A model generated the notes under the pieces. The model ran no database searches. It was not told the origin of the DNA and was given only the letters and a program-made list of their open reading frames with translations. A DNA stretch of 64,000 nucleotides, taken from Chloroflexota bacterium. Its GTDB lineage: Bacteria > Chloroflexota > Limnocylindria > Limnocylindrales > CSP1-4. Of the stretch, positions 29,584 to 38,590 are shown in pieces. The stretch lies in assembly GCA_040389445.1 (NCBI GenBank), contig JAZJZX010000014.1, positions 37,287-101,286 of the forward strand, written 5' to 3'. Both the position numbers and the translations under genes were made by a program. Every line of letters starts with the position of its first letter. Position 1 is the first letter of the stretch.

Positions 29584-30429
29584 ATGCTTCTTCTCGTTGA
29601 TCTCGACGGCGTCGTCTACCGAGGCACCGATCCCGTACCCGGTGTGGCCGCCCTGCTGTCCGAGCGGGTGGCCGCCGGCGACGATGTCGTGTACGTCACG
29701 AACAACTCCATGCATTACCGCGCCGATTACGTTACCCGGCTGGCAGCGCTTGGAGCGCCCGTGACCGCCGATCGTGTCGTCAGCGCGCCACGCGCGACCG
29801 CGCTGTACATCGTTGAACGAGAGCCGCACATTCGGCGGGTCTTGACCGTGGGTGCCTCCGGGCTGGATCGGGAGCTGCGGGACGTCGGGCTCGATGTCGT
29901 CGGTTCGGCCTATGCCGCCGAGCGGATGGCCAAGGAGGGCCTCGATGGCTGGGCCGCGGCAGGACACCCCGACGCGGTGGTGGCCGGGCTGGATCCGCAG
30001 CTGACCTACCTTCGCCTCGCCGTGGCGGTGGACTGCATTCGAGCCGGCGCCAGGTTCATCGCCACGAACCGGGACCCGATGTATCCGACCGAGCGCGGCC
30101 TGCGACCCGGTGCCGGCAGCGTCATCGCCGCGCTCGAGACGGCCGGCGGAATCTCGCCGCTCGTGATCGGCAAGCCCGAGCCGCTGCTGCTCGAGGAGGC
30201 CGCCCACGCCGTGGGCGCGGATCCGCGCAGCGCCGTGGTCATCGGGGACGGCCTGCTCACGGACATCTCGGCCGCGATCGCCATCGGCGCGCGGAGCGTG
30301 CTGATGCTCACCGGGGTCTCGACGCGCGCCGAGGCCGAGGCGCTCCCGGAGGATCGACGACCGACCGCGATTGCCGAGGACGCCGCCGGGCTGGCGAGGG
30401 TTCTGGAGCAATTGGCCGCCGGTCGGTAG
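29584..30429 (+). CDS. HAD-IIA (NagD-like) phosphatase
   Basis: DLDGVVY, TNNS, ATNRD, GKP, GDGLLTDI, LTGVS. Confidence 0.92.
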   Translation: MLLLVDLDGVVYRGTDPVPGVAALLSERVAAGDDVVYVTNNSMHYRADYVTRLAALGAPVTADRVVSAPRATALYIVEREPHIRRVLTVGASGLDRELRDVGLDVVGSAYAAERMAKEGLDGWAAAGHPDAVVAGLDPQLTYLRLAVAVDCIRAGARFIATNRDPMYPTERGLRPGAGSVIAALETAGGISPLVIGKPEPLLLEEAAHAVGADPRSAVVIGDGLLTDISAAIAIGARSVLMLTGVSTRAEAEALPEDRRPTAIAEDAAGLARVLEQLAAGR

Positions 30430-30477
30430 CCAGGAGCTGGGCCGTCCCCGGGCGCCACCCTGCCAGCGTTCGAGCGC

Positions 30478-31572
30478 CTACGCGTTCAGCTCCGGGATCC
30501 CCGCAGCCCACGAATCGAACGAGGCGCGGAGCGGAGCCAGTGTGGCCGCGTCGGCAAATGCCACATCGAGCGCAAGGCGATCGATCGCCCAGAGCTCGGG
30601 GAGCGAAAGGCCGATCCGCTCGACGGCGTTCCGGTACTCCTCCGAGAGCGTCAGGTCGCTGACCGTCAGATCGTCCGTGTTGAGCGTGACCGGATTGCCG
30701 GCCCGGTGAAGGCGCGCCAGGGGATGTTCGGCGACCGACGGGACGATGGTGGCCTGTGCGTTGGAGGTGGGGCACAGGTCCAGGCAGATACCGCGCTCGC
30801 GCAGTTCTGCCATGAGCGGCCGATCGTCGGCCGCACCCGGACCGTGCGCGATGCGTTCCGGATTCATCGCCAGTGCCCGACGCACCTGTGGTGCGCCACC
30901 CCATTCGCCTGCGTGGAGGGTGATCCGAAGCCCCCCGGCACGAGCGGCCTCGAAGGCGCGGACGTTGGACATCGGGTCCGGGAAGCGTTGCTCCGGACCG
31001 GCAAGATCCCACCCGATGAGCCCTCGATCGATGAACCGGGCGGCGGTCTCCGCGAGGGCCACGTTGGCGTCGGGATCGTGCGATCGAAGCGCGGTGCAGA
31101 TCAGCCGGACCGTGCTGCCCGTGGCCGCGGCAGCTCGCGCCGCCCCGGACACGACGGCATCGATGCCCTCAGCCAGTGGCAGCCCGCCCGTGACGTGAAG
31201 GAGCGGTCCCCATCGAATCTCCATGTAGCGCACGTTGTCCGAAGCCTTGTCCTCGACAAGTTCGGCGGTGATCCGCTCCAGGGCGTCCGCGTCCTGCATC
31301 AGGGCGATGGGCAGGTCGAAGGCCTTGAGCAGGTCCGCCTGGTCCGGCGAGCGCGGCGGCCCGACCAGGACGCCGCTCATGCCGGCCCACGTCGTCGGGG
31401 CGTCGACCCCCCGGGATCCCGCGATGTCGAGGGCCGTGTCCACCCGGAGGGATCCGTCCAGGTGGAGATGGAGTTCTGCCTTGGGCATGCGCTGGATGAG
31501 GCGAGCGGTCCAGTCCGGCATCGGACCCGCGCCGGCGAAGGGACCCCGAACGGCCTCCCTCGGGTCATGCAT
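30478..31572 (-). CDS. add: Adenosine deaminase
   Basis: PKAELHLHLDGS, DLAGPE, HAGE, RIAHG, CPTSN, NTDD; alternative start at 31521. Confidence 0.9.
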   Translation of the reverse strand: MHDPREAVRGPFAGAGPMPDWTARLIQRMPKAELHLHLDGSLRVDTALDIAGSRGVDAPTTWAGMSGVLVGPPRSPDQADLLKAFDLPIALMQDADALERITAELVEDKASDNVRYMEIRWGPLLHVTGGLPLAEGIDAVVSGAARAAAATGSTVRLICTALRSHDPDANVALAETAARFIDRGLIGWDLAGPEQRFPDPMSNVRAFEAARAGGLRITLHAGEWGGAPQVRRALAMNPERIAHGPGAADDRPLMAELRERGICLDLCPTSNAQATIVPSVAEHPLARLHRAGNPVTLNTDDLTVSDLTLSEEYRNAVERIGLSLPELWAIDRLALDVAFADAATLAPLRASFDSWAAGIPELNA

Positions 31573-31850
31573 GCCGGCGGGCTCCGCGGTGGGTCGGTCG
31601 GTGAAGGATGGCGTCGTGCATGGCGCGATCCTACCCGGCGGGCGCGAGACCGGATCGGGGCGGGTCGCCAGGTCGCCAGATCGGCGCGGCTCGTCGGGTC
31701 GCCAGGTCGGCAGGCCGCGCCGCCAGGTCGGAGCCCCGCCGCCAGATCGGCGCTGCGGGCGGCCAGGTCGGCTGGATCGGCGCGGAAACGCCGATTCCTC
31801 GAGGCAGGAATGCCGTCGCGGGCCGGCGTCGAAGCGGCTACGCTCCCCCC

Positions 31851-32843
31851 ATGAGCCGCGTTCAGCGAGTCCTGCGTGCCGTCCGTCGCGCCGGCGTCGC
31901 GATCGGCTTCGCCGCGCTCCTGCTCGCGATCGCCCTCGGGAGTGCCGGAATCGTTGCGCTCTGGGCGCACCCGCCCGGAACGGCAGCCCGGGCCGAGCTC
32001 ACCTGGCAGGGCGACTCGCAGCTCGGCAAGGTCCTGAATGGTTCGCAGGCCGAGCTCTCGGCAATCGCCGCTCAGACGGACCGGCTGGTGGTCCTCGCTC
32101 GCGGCGCCATCGGGTCGCTGACCTCCGACGATCAGGCTCCGTTCGAAGATGCGCTCGCGGAAGGCTCCCTGCTGGTCACCAGGATCGAAAGCGATGCATC
32201 GACCCTCCGGGCAGAGCTGGCCGCGCTGCCCGGGGCGCGGGCCGTCGACGTGCTCCGCTATGGAGCCGACGTCCTGGCCCGGCGGGCCGGGCTGCTCTCC
32301 GCGCTGGACGCCACGCAGGGGCTTGCCCGGTCCTGGACCACGCTGACCAGTGGCAGCCTGCAGGCTTCTGCCCTGATCGGGCTCCTGGTCGCCCACGACA
32401 CGACGGTCGGCTCGGCGGCCGCCCAGGGGCGCGCGGCCGACTACGCCGGGGCCCTCGCCACCCTCGACGCGGCCATTGCGCGGCTCGATGCCGCCGTGGT
32501 CATCAGGGATCGCCTGGTCAACACGACCGATGTCTCGACGCTCGACGAATGGCTGCGCCGCAACCGCCGGTATGACGAGGCGCTGATCGCCCTGTACGGC
32601 GCACTGCGCGATTCCGGCGGCGCCATCGACGACGCCGTGCGCGCGGCCTATCGCGAGGAGAGCCTGGCCCGCGCGAACCTGCCGCCGGATACGCGCGGCC
32701 TGGTGGTGATCCTGGCCGACATCGGCCGGGGCGGGCTCAACCAGGCGGTGATTGCGATCGAGCAGGCGAGGGCCCGCCTGACGCTGGCGATCCAGGGCCT
32801 GACGTCGCTGTCCGACCTGGACCCGGGGGCGCCTCCGGCCTGA
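31851..32843 (+). CDS. Hypothetical membrane-anchored alpha-helical protein
   Basis: N-terminal TM helix, then helical/coiled-coil sequence; -10 TACGCT 6 nt before ATG. Confidence 0.72.
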   Translation: MSRVQRVLRAVRRAGVAIGFAALLLAIALGSAGIVALWAHPPGTAARAELTWQGDSQLGKVLNGSQAELSAIAAQTDRLVVLARGAIGSLTSDDQAPFEDALAEGSLLVTRIESDASTLRAELAALPGARAVDVLRYGADVLARRAGLLSALDATQGLARSWTTLTSGSLQASALIGLLVAHDTTVGSAAAQGRAADYAGALATLDAAIARLDAAVVIRDRLVNTTDVSTLDEWLRRNRRYDEALIALYGALRDSGGAIDDAVRAAYREESLARANLPPDTRGLVVILADIGRGGLNQAVIAIEQARARLTLAIQGLTSLSDLDPGAPPA

Positions 32844-32916
32844 AGTACACTCGCCTCCGATGCAGTGGGCCCTCCCGATCGTGCATGGGACGGCCATTCC
32901 GGGAGGTACCGAATCC

Positions 32917-34434
32917 GTGCGTTTGCGCGTCGCCGTCGACGAACCCTGGGATATTCCCGCCGACGTCCTGGTCGTCCCGATCGTGGGCGAAGCTGCCTGG
33001 GACGGCCCGCTGGGCGAGCTTGATCGGCGGGCTCGGGGTGAGATCCGGGCCCTGCAGGTCTTCGGTGAGCTGCGTTCGAAACAGTTCACCTCGGCCCTGG
33101 CCCCATCGGGCGATGTTCGAGCCGGGCGCATCCTGCTGCTCAGCGTCGGGCCTGCCGTGAACGTGGATCGCGAGACGGTGGTCCATGCCGCAGCGGCGGC
33201 GCTGCATCGCCTCGCCGGCCGGCAGGCCGCCACCATGGCGATCTGGCTCGAGCCGCTGATTGCCGCCATGGGCGGCGACGCGGAGGTCGTGAGCGCCCTC
33301 GTGGCCCGAGGCGTCGTGGAGGGCGGGTATGACCCGGCCACCATCTATCGCGAGAACGTCAGGACGGCCCCGCCGGTGCTCGACGAGCTGACCCTGATTG
33401 CGCCGACCGGGTCGGATGTGGCGACTCTCACGACGGCCGCCGTCCGCGGACAGATCATCGGCGAGGGATCCAACATCGCGCGGACCCTGTCCAATCGGGC
33501 GTCCAACGACGTCAGCCCCGAGGTGCTTGCCGAGGAGGCCTGGGCCTTCGCCGAGAAGCACGGCCTGTGGATCGACGTGATCGGGCCGGAGCGGGCGACC
33601 GAGATGGGCATGGGGATGTTCATGGCGGTCGGACGGGGCAGCGACAACCCGCCTCGGATGATCGTGCTGCGCTCCGGCAAGGCCGGCGAGCACGATGCCC
33701 TGGGTCGTCACCTCGCCCTCGTCGGCAAGGGCGTGTGCTTCGATTCCGGGGGCATCAGCATCAAGCCGGCCGGCGGGATGGAAGAGATGAAGATGGACAA
33801 GAGCGGCGCCTGCACGGTGATCGCCGCCATCGCCACGGTCGCCCGCCTCGCCCCGGGCACACCCCTGCTCGCGGTGGCGCCTGCAGTCGAGAACATGCCC
33901 GGCCCGCATTCCGCGCGACCGGGCGATCTCGTCAAGGCGCTGAACGGGAAATGGGTGGACATCACGAACACCGATGCCGAAGGGCGCCTGATCCTCGGCG
34001 ATGCGATGACGTACGCCGAGCAGCTGGGAGCGACCCACCTCGTCGACGTGGCGACCCTGACGGGTGCCGTGTCGCGCGCTCTCGGCGACATGGTTGCCGG
34101 CGCGTTCGGCAACGACCAGGCATGGACCGACCAGGTCCTGGGCGCCGGCTCACGGGCCGGCGAGCGCTACTGGCAGATGCCCCTGGTCGAAGACTACTGG
34201 TCGCCGGACATGGAGTCGTGGTACGGCGACATGGTCAACAGCGGGACTGGGGACGGCGGACTCATCAAGAGCGCGCTGTTCCTTCGCGAGTTCGTGACCA
34301 GGCCGTGGGTCCACCTCGATATCGCGGGGACGGCGTACTTCCGCAAGACCAAGCCGTTTGCGGCCCGCGGCGCCACGGGCGCATCCCACGCGACACTCGT
34401 CGAACTCGCCCTGGCGGGCGCAAGGCCGGCCTGA
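32917..34434 (+). CDS. pepA: Leucyl aminopeptidase (M17)
   Basis: VGKGVCFDSGG, MKMDKSG, NTDAEGRL, ATLTG, WVHLDIAG; GGGAGG RBS. Confidence 0.95.
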   Translation: MRLRVAVDEPWDIPADVLVVPIVGEAAWDGPLGELDRRARGEIRALQVFGELRSKQFTSALAPSGDVRAGRILLLSVGPAVNVDRETVVHAAAAALHRLAGRQAATMAIWLEPLIAAMGGDAEVVSALVARGVVEGGYDPATIYRENVRTAPPVLDELTLIAPTGSDVATLTTAAVRGQIIGEGSNIARTLSNRASNDVSPEVLAEEAWAFAEKHGLWIDVIGPERATEMGMGMFMAVGRGSDNPPRMIVLRSGKAGEHDALGRHLALVGKGVCFDSGGISIKPAGGMEEMKMDKSGACTVIAAIATVARLAPGTPLLAVAPAVENMPGPHSARPGDLVKALNGKWVDITNTDAEGRLILGDAMTYAEQLGATHLVDVATLTGAVSRALGDMVAGAFGNDQAWTDQVLGAGSRAGERYWQMPLVEDYWSPDMESWYGDMVNSGTGDGGLIKSALFLREFVTRPWVHLDIAGTAYFRKTKPFAARGATGASHATLVELALAGARPA

Positions 34435-34456
34435 CGGCCCGTCTGATCCACTGCCC

Positions 34457-35098
34457 ATGACCCCGCTCCTCATCGTCGCCGCGGTCGCCGGCGGCGTCTG
34501 GGGGTTTGCCGCGGACCGGATCGGCGCCCGCTGGCCGGCGCACGACGACGGTTCCACGCGCGCCGTCGACTGGCGGACGCTCGCCGTGGTGCTGGCCGGC
34601 GTCGTCGGCCCGGCCCTGCTCGTGCTCCGGTTCGAGACCGAGCCGGTCGCATTGGCCTACCTCGGGATCCTCCTGCTCGCCCTGATCCTCCTGTTCGCCA
34701 CGGACCTGGATCAGCGCCTCCTGCCCGACGTCATCACGCTGCCGATCGCTGTGTACGGGCTGGTCGGCTTCGTCGGCGGTTTCGGGCCGTTCGTCCAGAC
34801 GCCGGGCGACCTGCTCTTCGCCGCGATCGCCGCCGTCGCGATCCCGGGCCTGCTGTTCCTCGTGTCGATTCCCTTCGGGGCGGGAGCAATCGGCATCGGC
34901 GACCTCAAGCTCCTGTTCGGCGTCGGGCTCGTTTCCGGCGCGGCACGGCTCGGCGCCACGGTGATCATCGGGGCGATCGCCGCCGCGATCGGCATCGTGA
35001 TCCTGCTGGCACTGCGTCGGATCACCCTCAAGAGCTACCTGCCGTACGGGCCGTTCCTGATCATCGGCGCCCTCTGGGCGCTGACCGTCTCGCGCTGA
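34457..35098 (+). CDS. A24 family (prepilin) peptidase
   Basis: Multi-TM; catalytic Asp motifs ATDL...LPD and GIGDLKL; LPYGPFL. Confidence 0.85.
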   Translation: MTPLLIVAAVAGGVWGFAADRIGARWPAHDDGSTRAVDWRTLAVVLAGVVGPALLVLRFETEPVALAYLGILLLALILLFATDLDQRLLPDVITLPIAVYGLVGFVGGFGPFVQTPGDLLFAAIAAVAIPGLLFLVSIPFGAGAIGIGDLKLLFGVGLVSGAARLGATVIIGAIAAAIGIVILLALRRITLKSYLPYGPFLIIGALWALTVSR

Positions 35099-35123
35099 CC
35101 GTCTCGCGCTGACCGTCTCGCGC
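35078..35123. repeat. 14-bp tandem repeat, 3 copies, spanning the stop codon
   Basis: gcgctgaccgtctc at 35078, 35092 and 35106. Confidence 0.9.
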
Positions 35124-35312
35124 CGACGCTGAGCCCCGGCACGCCGGCCGAGCCACTCGCCGGGGTTGCCGCGACGCCGCCGTGACATCGTGCGGTATCA
35201 TGCCGCCGTTGCCGGTAGTCGTTCCAACGTGGTGCCCAACGTGGAGCGGCGGTCTCACCCGGCGAGCGAGCCGAACGCGCAGCCAAGCACGTTGACGGAG
35301 ATCGTTCGCACG

Positions 35313-36695
35313 ATGACGACGCCACTCATGCGCCGCCGAACGCCTGACCAGCGGGGCTGGTCGCGGCCGGGTCGACGTGGGCCCGGGCGCGGCGTGCTGC
35401 TCCTCCTCGTCCTGACGACCCTCCTCGGCGGTGCCTTTGCCGCCGCTCCGGTAGCTCCCGTCTCTGCCGACGCCCTGTCCGACGCGATCGCTCGCCAGAA
35501 GGCGCTCGAGGCGCAGGTTGCGAAGCAGAAGGCGCAGGTCGCGAGCCTCACCAGGCAGCAGCAGGAGCTGACGGCCACGCTCGCCTCGACCAGCCAGTCG
35601 CTCAACCAGATCAACGCCGACCTCGCGGCCGTACGTGCCGACGTCGTTCGGGCGACGGTGGCCGTCGCGACGGCGCAGGCGCAGGTTGAGGCACTCGACA
35701 CCCAGGTCGCCAAGCTCGACCTGGAGATGGCCGACCTCGAGGCGCGGGAATCCCGGAAGCTCGCCGAGCTGGCCGCCCGCAAGGCGCTCCTCGCGGATCG
35801 GATCCGGCAGGCCTACGAAACGGATCGCACCTCGCTGCTGGAGACGCTCCTGTCCGGTGAAACCTTCACCGACGTGCTCGCGGAGGTCTCCTACCAGCTT
35901 GACTACGCCCAACAGGATCGCGAGCTGGCCGAGCAGATCGTTGCCGACCAGAAGGTGCTCGTGGTCCTCCATCAAACCGTCGAGGCGACGCGGACGCAGG
36001 TCGGAACACTCCGAGCCACAGCCGACGCCCAGCACGAACAGCTCAAGGCCCAGCTCGCCTCCCTTGCCGGCTCGCAGGCGCGTCTCGCGACGCTCGAGCA
36101 GGAGACGAAGCGACTCCTGGAGGCGCAGCAGGCGACGTTTGCCCAGATCGCCGCCGACAAGACGAAGCTCGCGGCCGCCATCGCGGCGAGCGAGAAGGCC
36201 GAGGCCGACCTCCAGAAGAAGATTGACAAGCTCGTTGCCGAGCGCGCGCGCGGCGGCTCCATCCCCTCCATCTACAACGGCACCCTGGACTGGCCGCTGG
36301 CCGGCAGGATCACCCAGGAGTTCGGGTGCACGGGTTTCGCCTGGGAGCCGCCCCTCGGGAACTGTCGCAACTTCCACCGCGGCATCGATATCGCCGCCCC
36401 GATGTACACGCCGGTCCGGGCGGCCGCCCCGGGAGTGGTCCTGTTCGCCGGTCCGAATCCGTACGACCGGAACCCGAAGGCCTGGATCGTGATCATCGCC
36501 CACGCCAAGAACCTGGTGACGTGGTACGCGCACATCGACAACAACCCGAAGCCGCCGGTGGTCCGTGCCGGCGATCGCGTCGTGACCGGGCAGGTGATCG
36601 CCTACGTGGGCGTGACCGGTCGAACCACGGGCCCCCACCTCGACTGGCGCGTGGAGTTCAACGGCACGTTCACCAACCCGCGGCTCTTCCTCTGA
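35313..36695 (+). CDS. Coiled-coil plus M23 metallopeptidase (murein hydrolase)
   Basis: Signal peptide, long coiled coil, HRGID, YAH, TGRTTGPHL. Confidence 0.9.
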   Translation: MTTPLMRRRTPDQRGWSRPGRRGPGRGVLLLLVLTTLLGGAFAAAPVAPVSADALSDAIARQKALEAQVAKQKAQVASLTRQQQELTATLASTSQSLNQINADLAAVRADVVRATVAVATAQAQVEALDTQVAKLDLEMADLEARESRKLAELAARKALLADRIRQAYETDRTSLLETLLSGETFTDVLAEVSYQLDYAQQDRELAEQIVADQKVLVVLHQTVEATRTQVGTLRATADAQHEQLKAQLASLAGSQARLATLEQETKRLLEAQQATFAQIAADKTKLAAAIAASEKAEADLQKKIDKLVAERARGGSIPSIYNGTLDWPLAGRITQEFGCTGFAWEPPLGNCRNFHRGIDIAAPMYTPVRAAAPGVVLFAGPNPYDRNPKAWIVIIAHAKNLVTWYAHIDNNPKPPVVRAGDRVVTGQVIAYVGVTGRTTGPHLDWRVEFNGTFTNPRLFL

Positions 36696-36751
36696 GCGGG
36701 TGCTAGGATCGAATTCGGTGCCACGGCCCGTGGACCCCGAGGAGGATCGCA

Positions 36752-38062
36752 GTGAAGCGGACGCTGGCGATGGTTCTGGCCGGTGGCGAGGGTGAGCGCC
36801 TGTCGATCCTGTCGTCGGTGCGCGCGAAGCCGGCGGTCCCATTCGGCGGGAAGTACCGGATCATCGATTTCACCCTGTCCAACTGCGTCAACTCGGACAT
36901 CAACGACGTCGTGGTCCTGACCCAGTACAACCCCCGATCCCTCAACGATCACATCGGCCTCGGCCGGCCCTGGGACCTCGACCGCACCAGGGGTGGCGTG
37001 AAGCTCCTCCAGCCCTACATCGCCCGGGGCCGGGTCGCGGAGTGGTATCGCGGGACGGCCGATGCCGTGCTGCGCAACCGAAGCGTGCTGGAGCACTCCG
37101 ATGCCGACATCGTCCTCATTCTGGCCGGCGATCACATCTACAAGATGGACTACCAGCCGTTCATCGCGGCGCACCGCCGAAAGCGAGCCGACGTGACGAT
37201 CGCGGTTCGCCGGGTGCCCCTGGCCGAGGCCACCCGGATGGGCATCCTCGCGATGGATGACACGGACCGGATCATCGAATGGCAGGAGAAGCCGAAGCAG
37301 CCCAAGAGCGACCTCGCCTCGATGGGCGTGTACGTCTTCTCCCGCAAGTCACTCCTTCGCTGGCTGGACGACGAGCTGACCGATTTCGGATCGCACGTCA
37401 TCCCGGCCATGCTCGATGCAGGCGCCCGGGTGTACGGCTACCGGTTCAACGGCTACTGGCAGGATGTCGGGACCATCCAGTCGTACTGGGAAGCCAACAT
37501 GGCACTCCTCATCGACCAGCCCGAGCTCGACCTGTACGACAAGGACTGGGTCGTCCACACCAAGTCCGAGGAACGAGCTCCGGCGAAGCTCGGGCCGACC
37601 GCGCAGGTGCACCGGAGCCTGATCAGCCACGGCTGTGTCATCGACGGGACGGTCGTCAACAGCGTGCTTTCACCGGGTGTCCGGGTCGGGATGGGCGCCG
37701 TCGTTCGGGATTCGATCGTGATGTTCGACTCGGTGATCGGATCGCGCGCGGTCGTGGACCGGGCCATCCTGGACAAGGAGGTCGTCGTGGGCCCCGGCGC
37801 CATCGTGGGTGAAGGCCCCGATGATCCGCCCAACAAGGCGGAGCCGACGCGCCTCAACACCGGCATCACGGTGGTCGGGAAACAGAGCGTCATCCCTCGT
37901 GGCGCCCGGATCGGCCGGAACGTGCGGATCGGAGGGAACGTCCGCGCCTCCGACTTCACCAAGAAGGTCGTGCCCACCGGTGGGTCGGTCGACGCCGTGG
38001 GACCGGGCCCCGGGAAGTCCCGCAACCCCGCTCCGAAGAAGGCCACGAGCGCGGCGGGCTAG
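36752..38062 (+). CDS. glgC: Glucose-1-phosphate adenylyltransferase
   Basis: LAGGEGERL, AKPAVPFGGKYRIIDF, GTADAV, GDHIYKMDY, EKP, ASMGVY, DFG, YWQDVGT. Confidence 0.95.
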   Translation: MKRTLAMVLAGGEGERLSILSSVRAKPAVPFGGKYRIIDFTLSNCVNSDINDVVVLTQYNPRSLNDHIGLGRPWDLDRTRGGVKLLQPYIARGRVAEWYRGTADAVLRNRSVLEHSDADIVLILAGDHIYKMDYQPFIAAHRRKRADVTIAVRRVPLAEATRMGILAMDDTDRIIEWQEKPKQPKSDLASMGVYVFSRKSLLRWLDDELTDFGSHVIPAMLDAGARVYGYRFNGYWQDVGTIQSYWEANMALLIDQPELDLYDKDWVVHTKSEERAPAKLGPTAQVHRSLISHGCVIDGTVVNSVLSPGVRVGMGAVVRDSIVMFDSVIGSRAVVDRAILDKEVVVGPGAIVGEGPDDPPNKAEPTRLNTGITVVGKQSVIPRGARIGRNVRIGGNVRASDFTKKVVPTGGSVDAVGPGPGKSRNPAPKKATSAAG

Positions 38063-38071
38063 ACTTCCGGC

Positions 38072-38590
38072 GTGCCCGATTCAACCGTCGCGACCTCGGA
38101 CAGCGTCGCGTCCTGGCTGCGTGACCTCGCCATCGTCGCCGGCGACTCCGTCCATCGCGACGGGGTCACGGCGTGGGATGTGGTGCTCGACGGCAATCGT
38201 CGCCTGGATTTGCGGGTCACGCTGATCCTGGACCCGGCGACCGGGGTGATCGTCTGGGCGCACCTCGCGCCGCCGCTCTGGGACGGCCTGCGGAAGGCGT
38301 ATCGCGCCCTGCTCCGCTGGAATGACGACTTCCCGCTGGCGAAGTTTTCGCTTGCCGACGACGGTCGGCCCATCCTCTCGGTGGAGATCCCGCACCGCTG
38401 GCTGGATGCGGACGAGTTCGGCCTCGCCCTGGCCCGTGTCGTCGGAATCGCCGATCGGCTGTTCGACGAGACACGGCCCTGGGTCTGGATCGGCGGGCAC
38501 GTGCCGGTCGGCTACGCGGCGCGCGAGCGTCGCTCGCAGGCGCTCCTGGATCGATATCGTCCGCGGTTGCCGGAGCTGTTCGACACGTGA
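38072..38590 (+). CDS. YbjN-like (type III chaperone fold) protein
   Basis: Size and the YRALLRWN...AKF.L..DG..LSVEIP pattern. Confidence 0.65.
   Translation: MPDSTVATSDSVASWLRDLAIVAGDSVHRDGVTAWDVVLDGNRRLDLRVTLILDPATGVIVWAHLAPPLWDGLRKAYRALLRWNDDFPLAKFSLADDGRPILSVEIPHRWLDADEFGLALARVVGIADRLFDETRPWVWIGGHVPVGYAARERRSQALLDRYRPRLPELFDT

Noticed and set aside
31660-31780. gccaggtcg-rich tract as a REP element
   Set aside because: Short degenerate units with no clear palindrome family; treated as low-complexity intergenic DNA.
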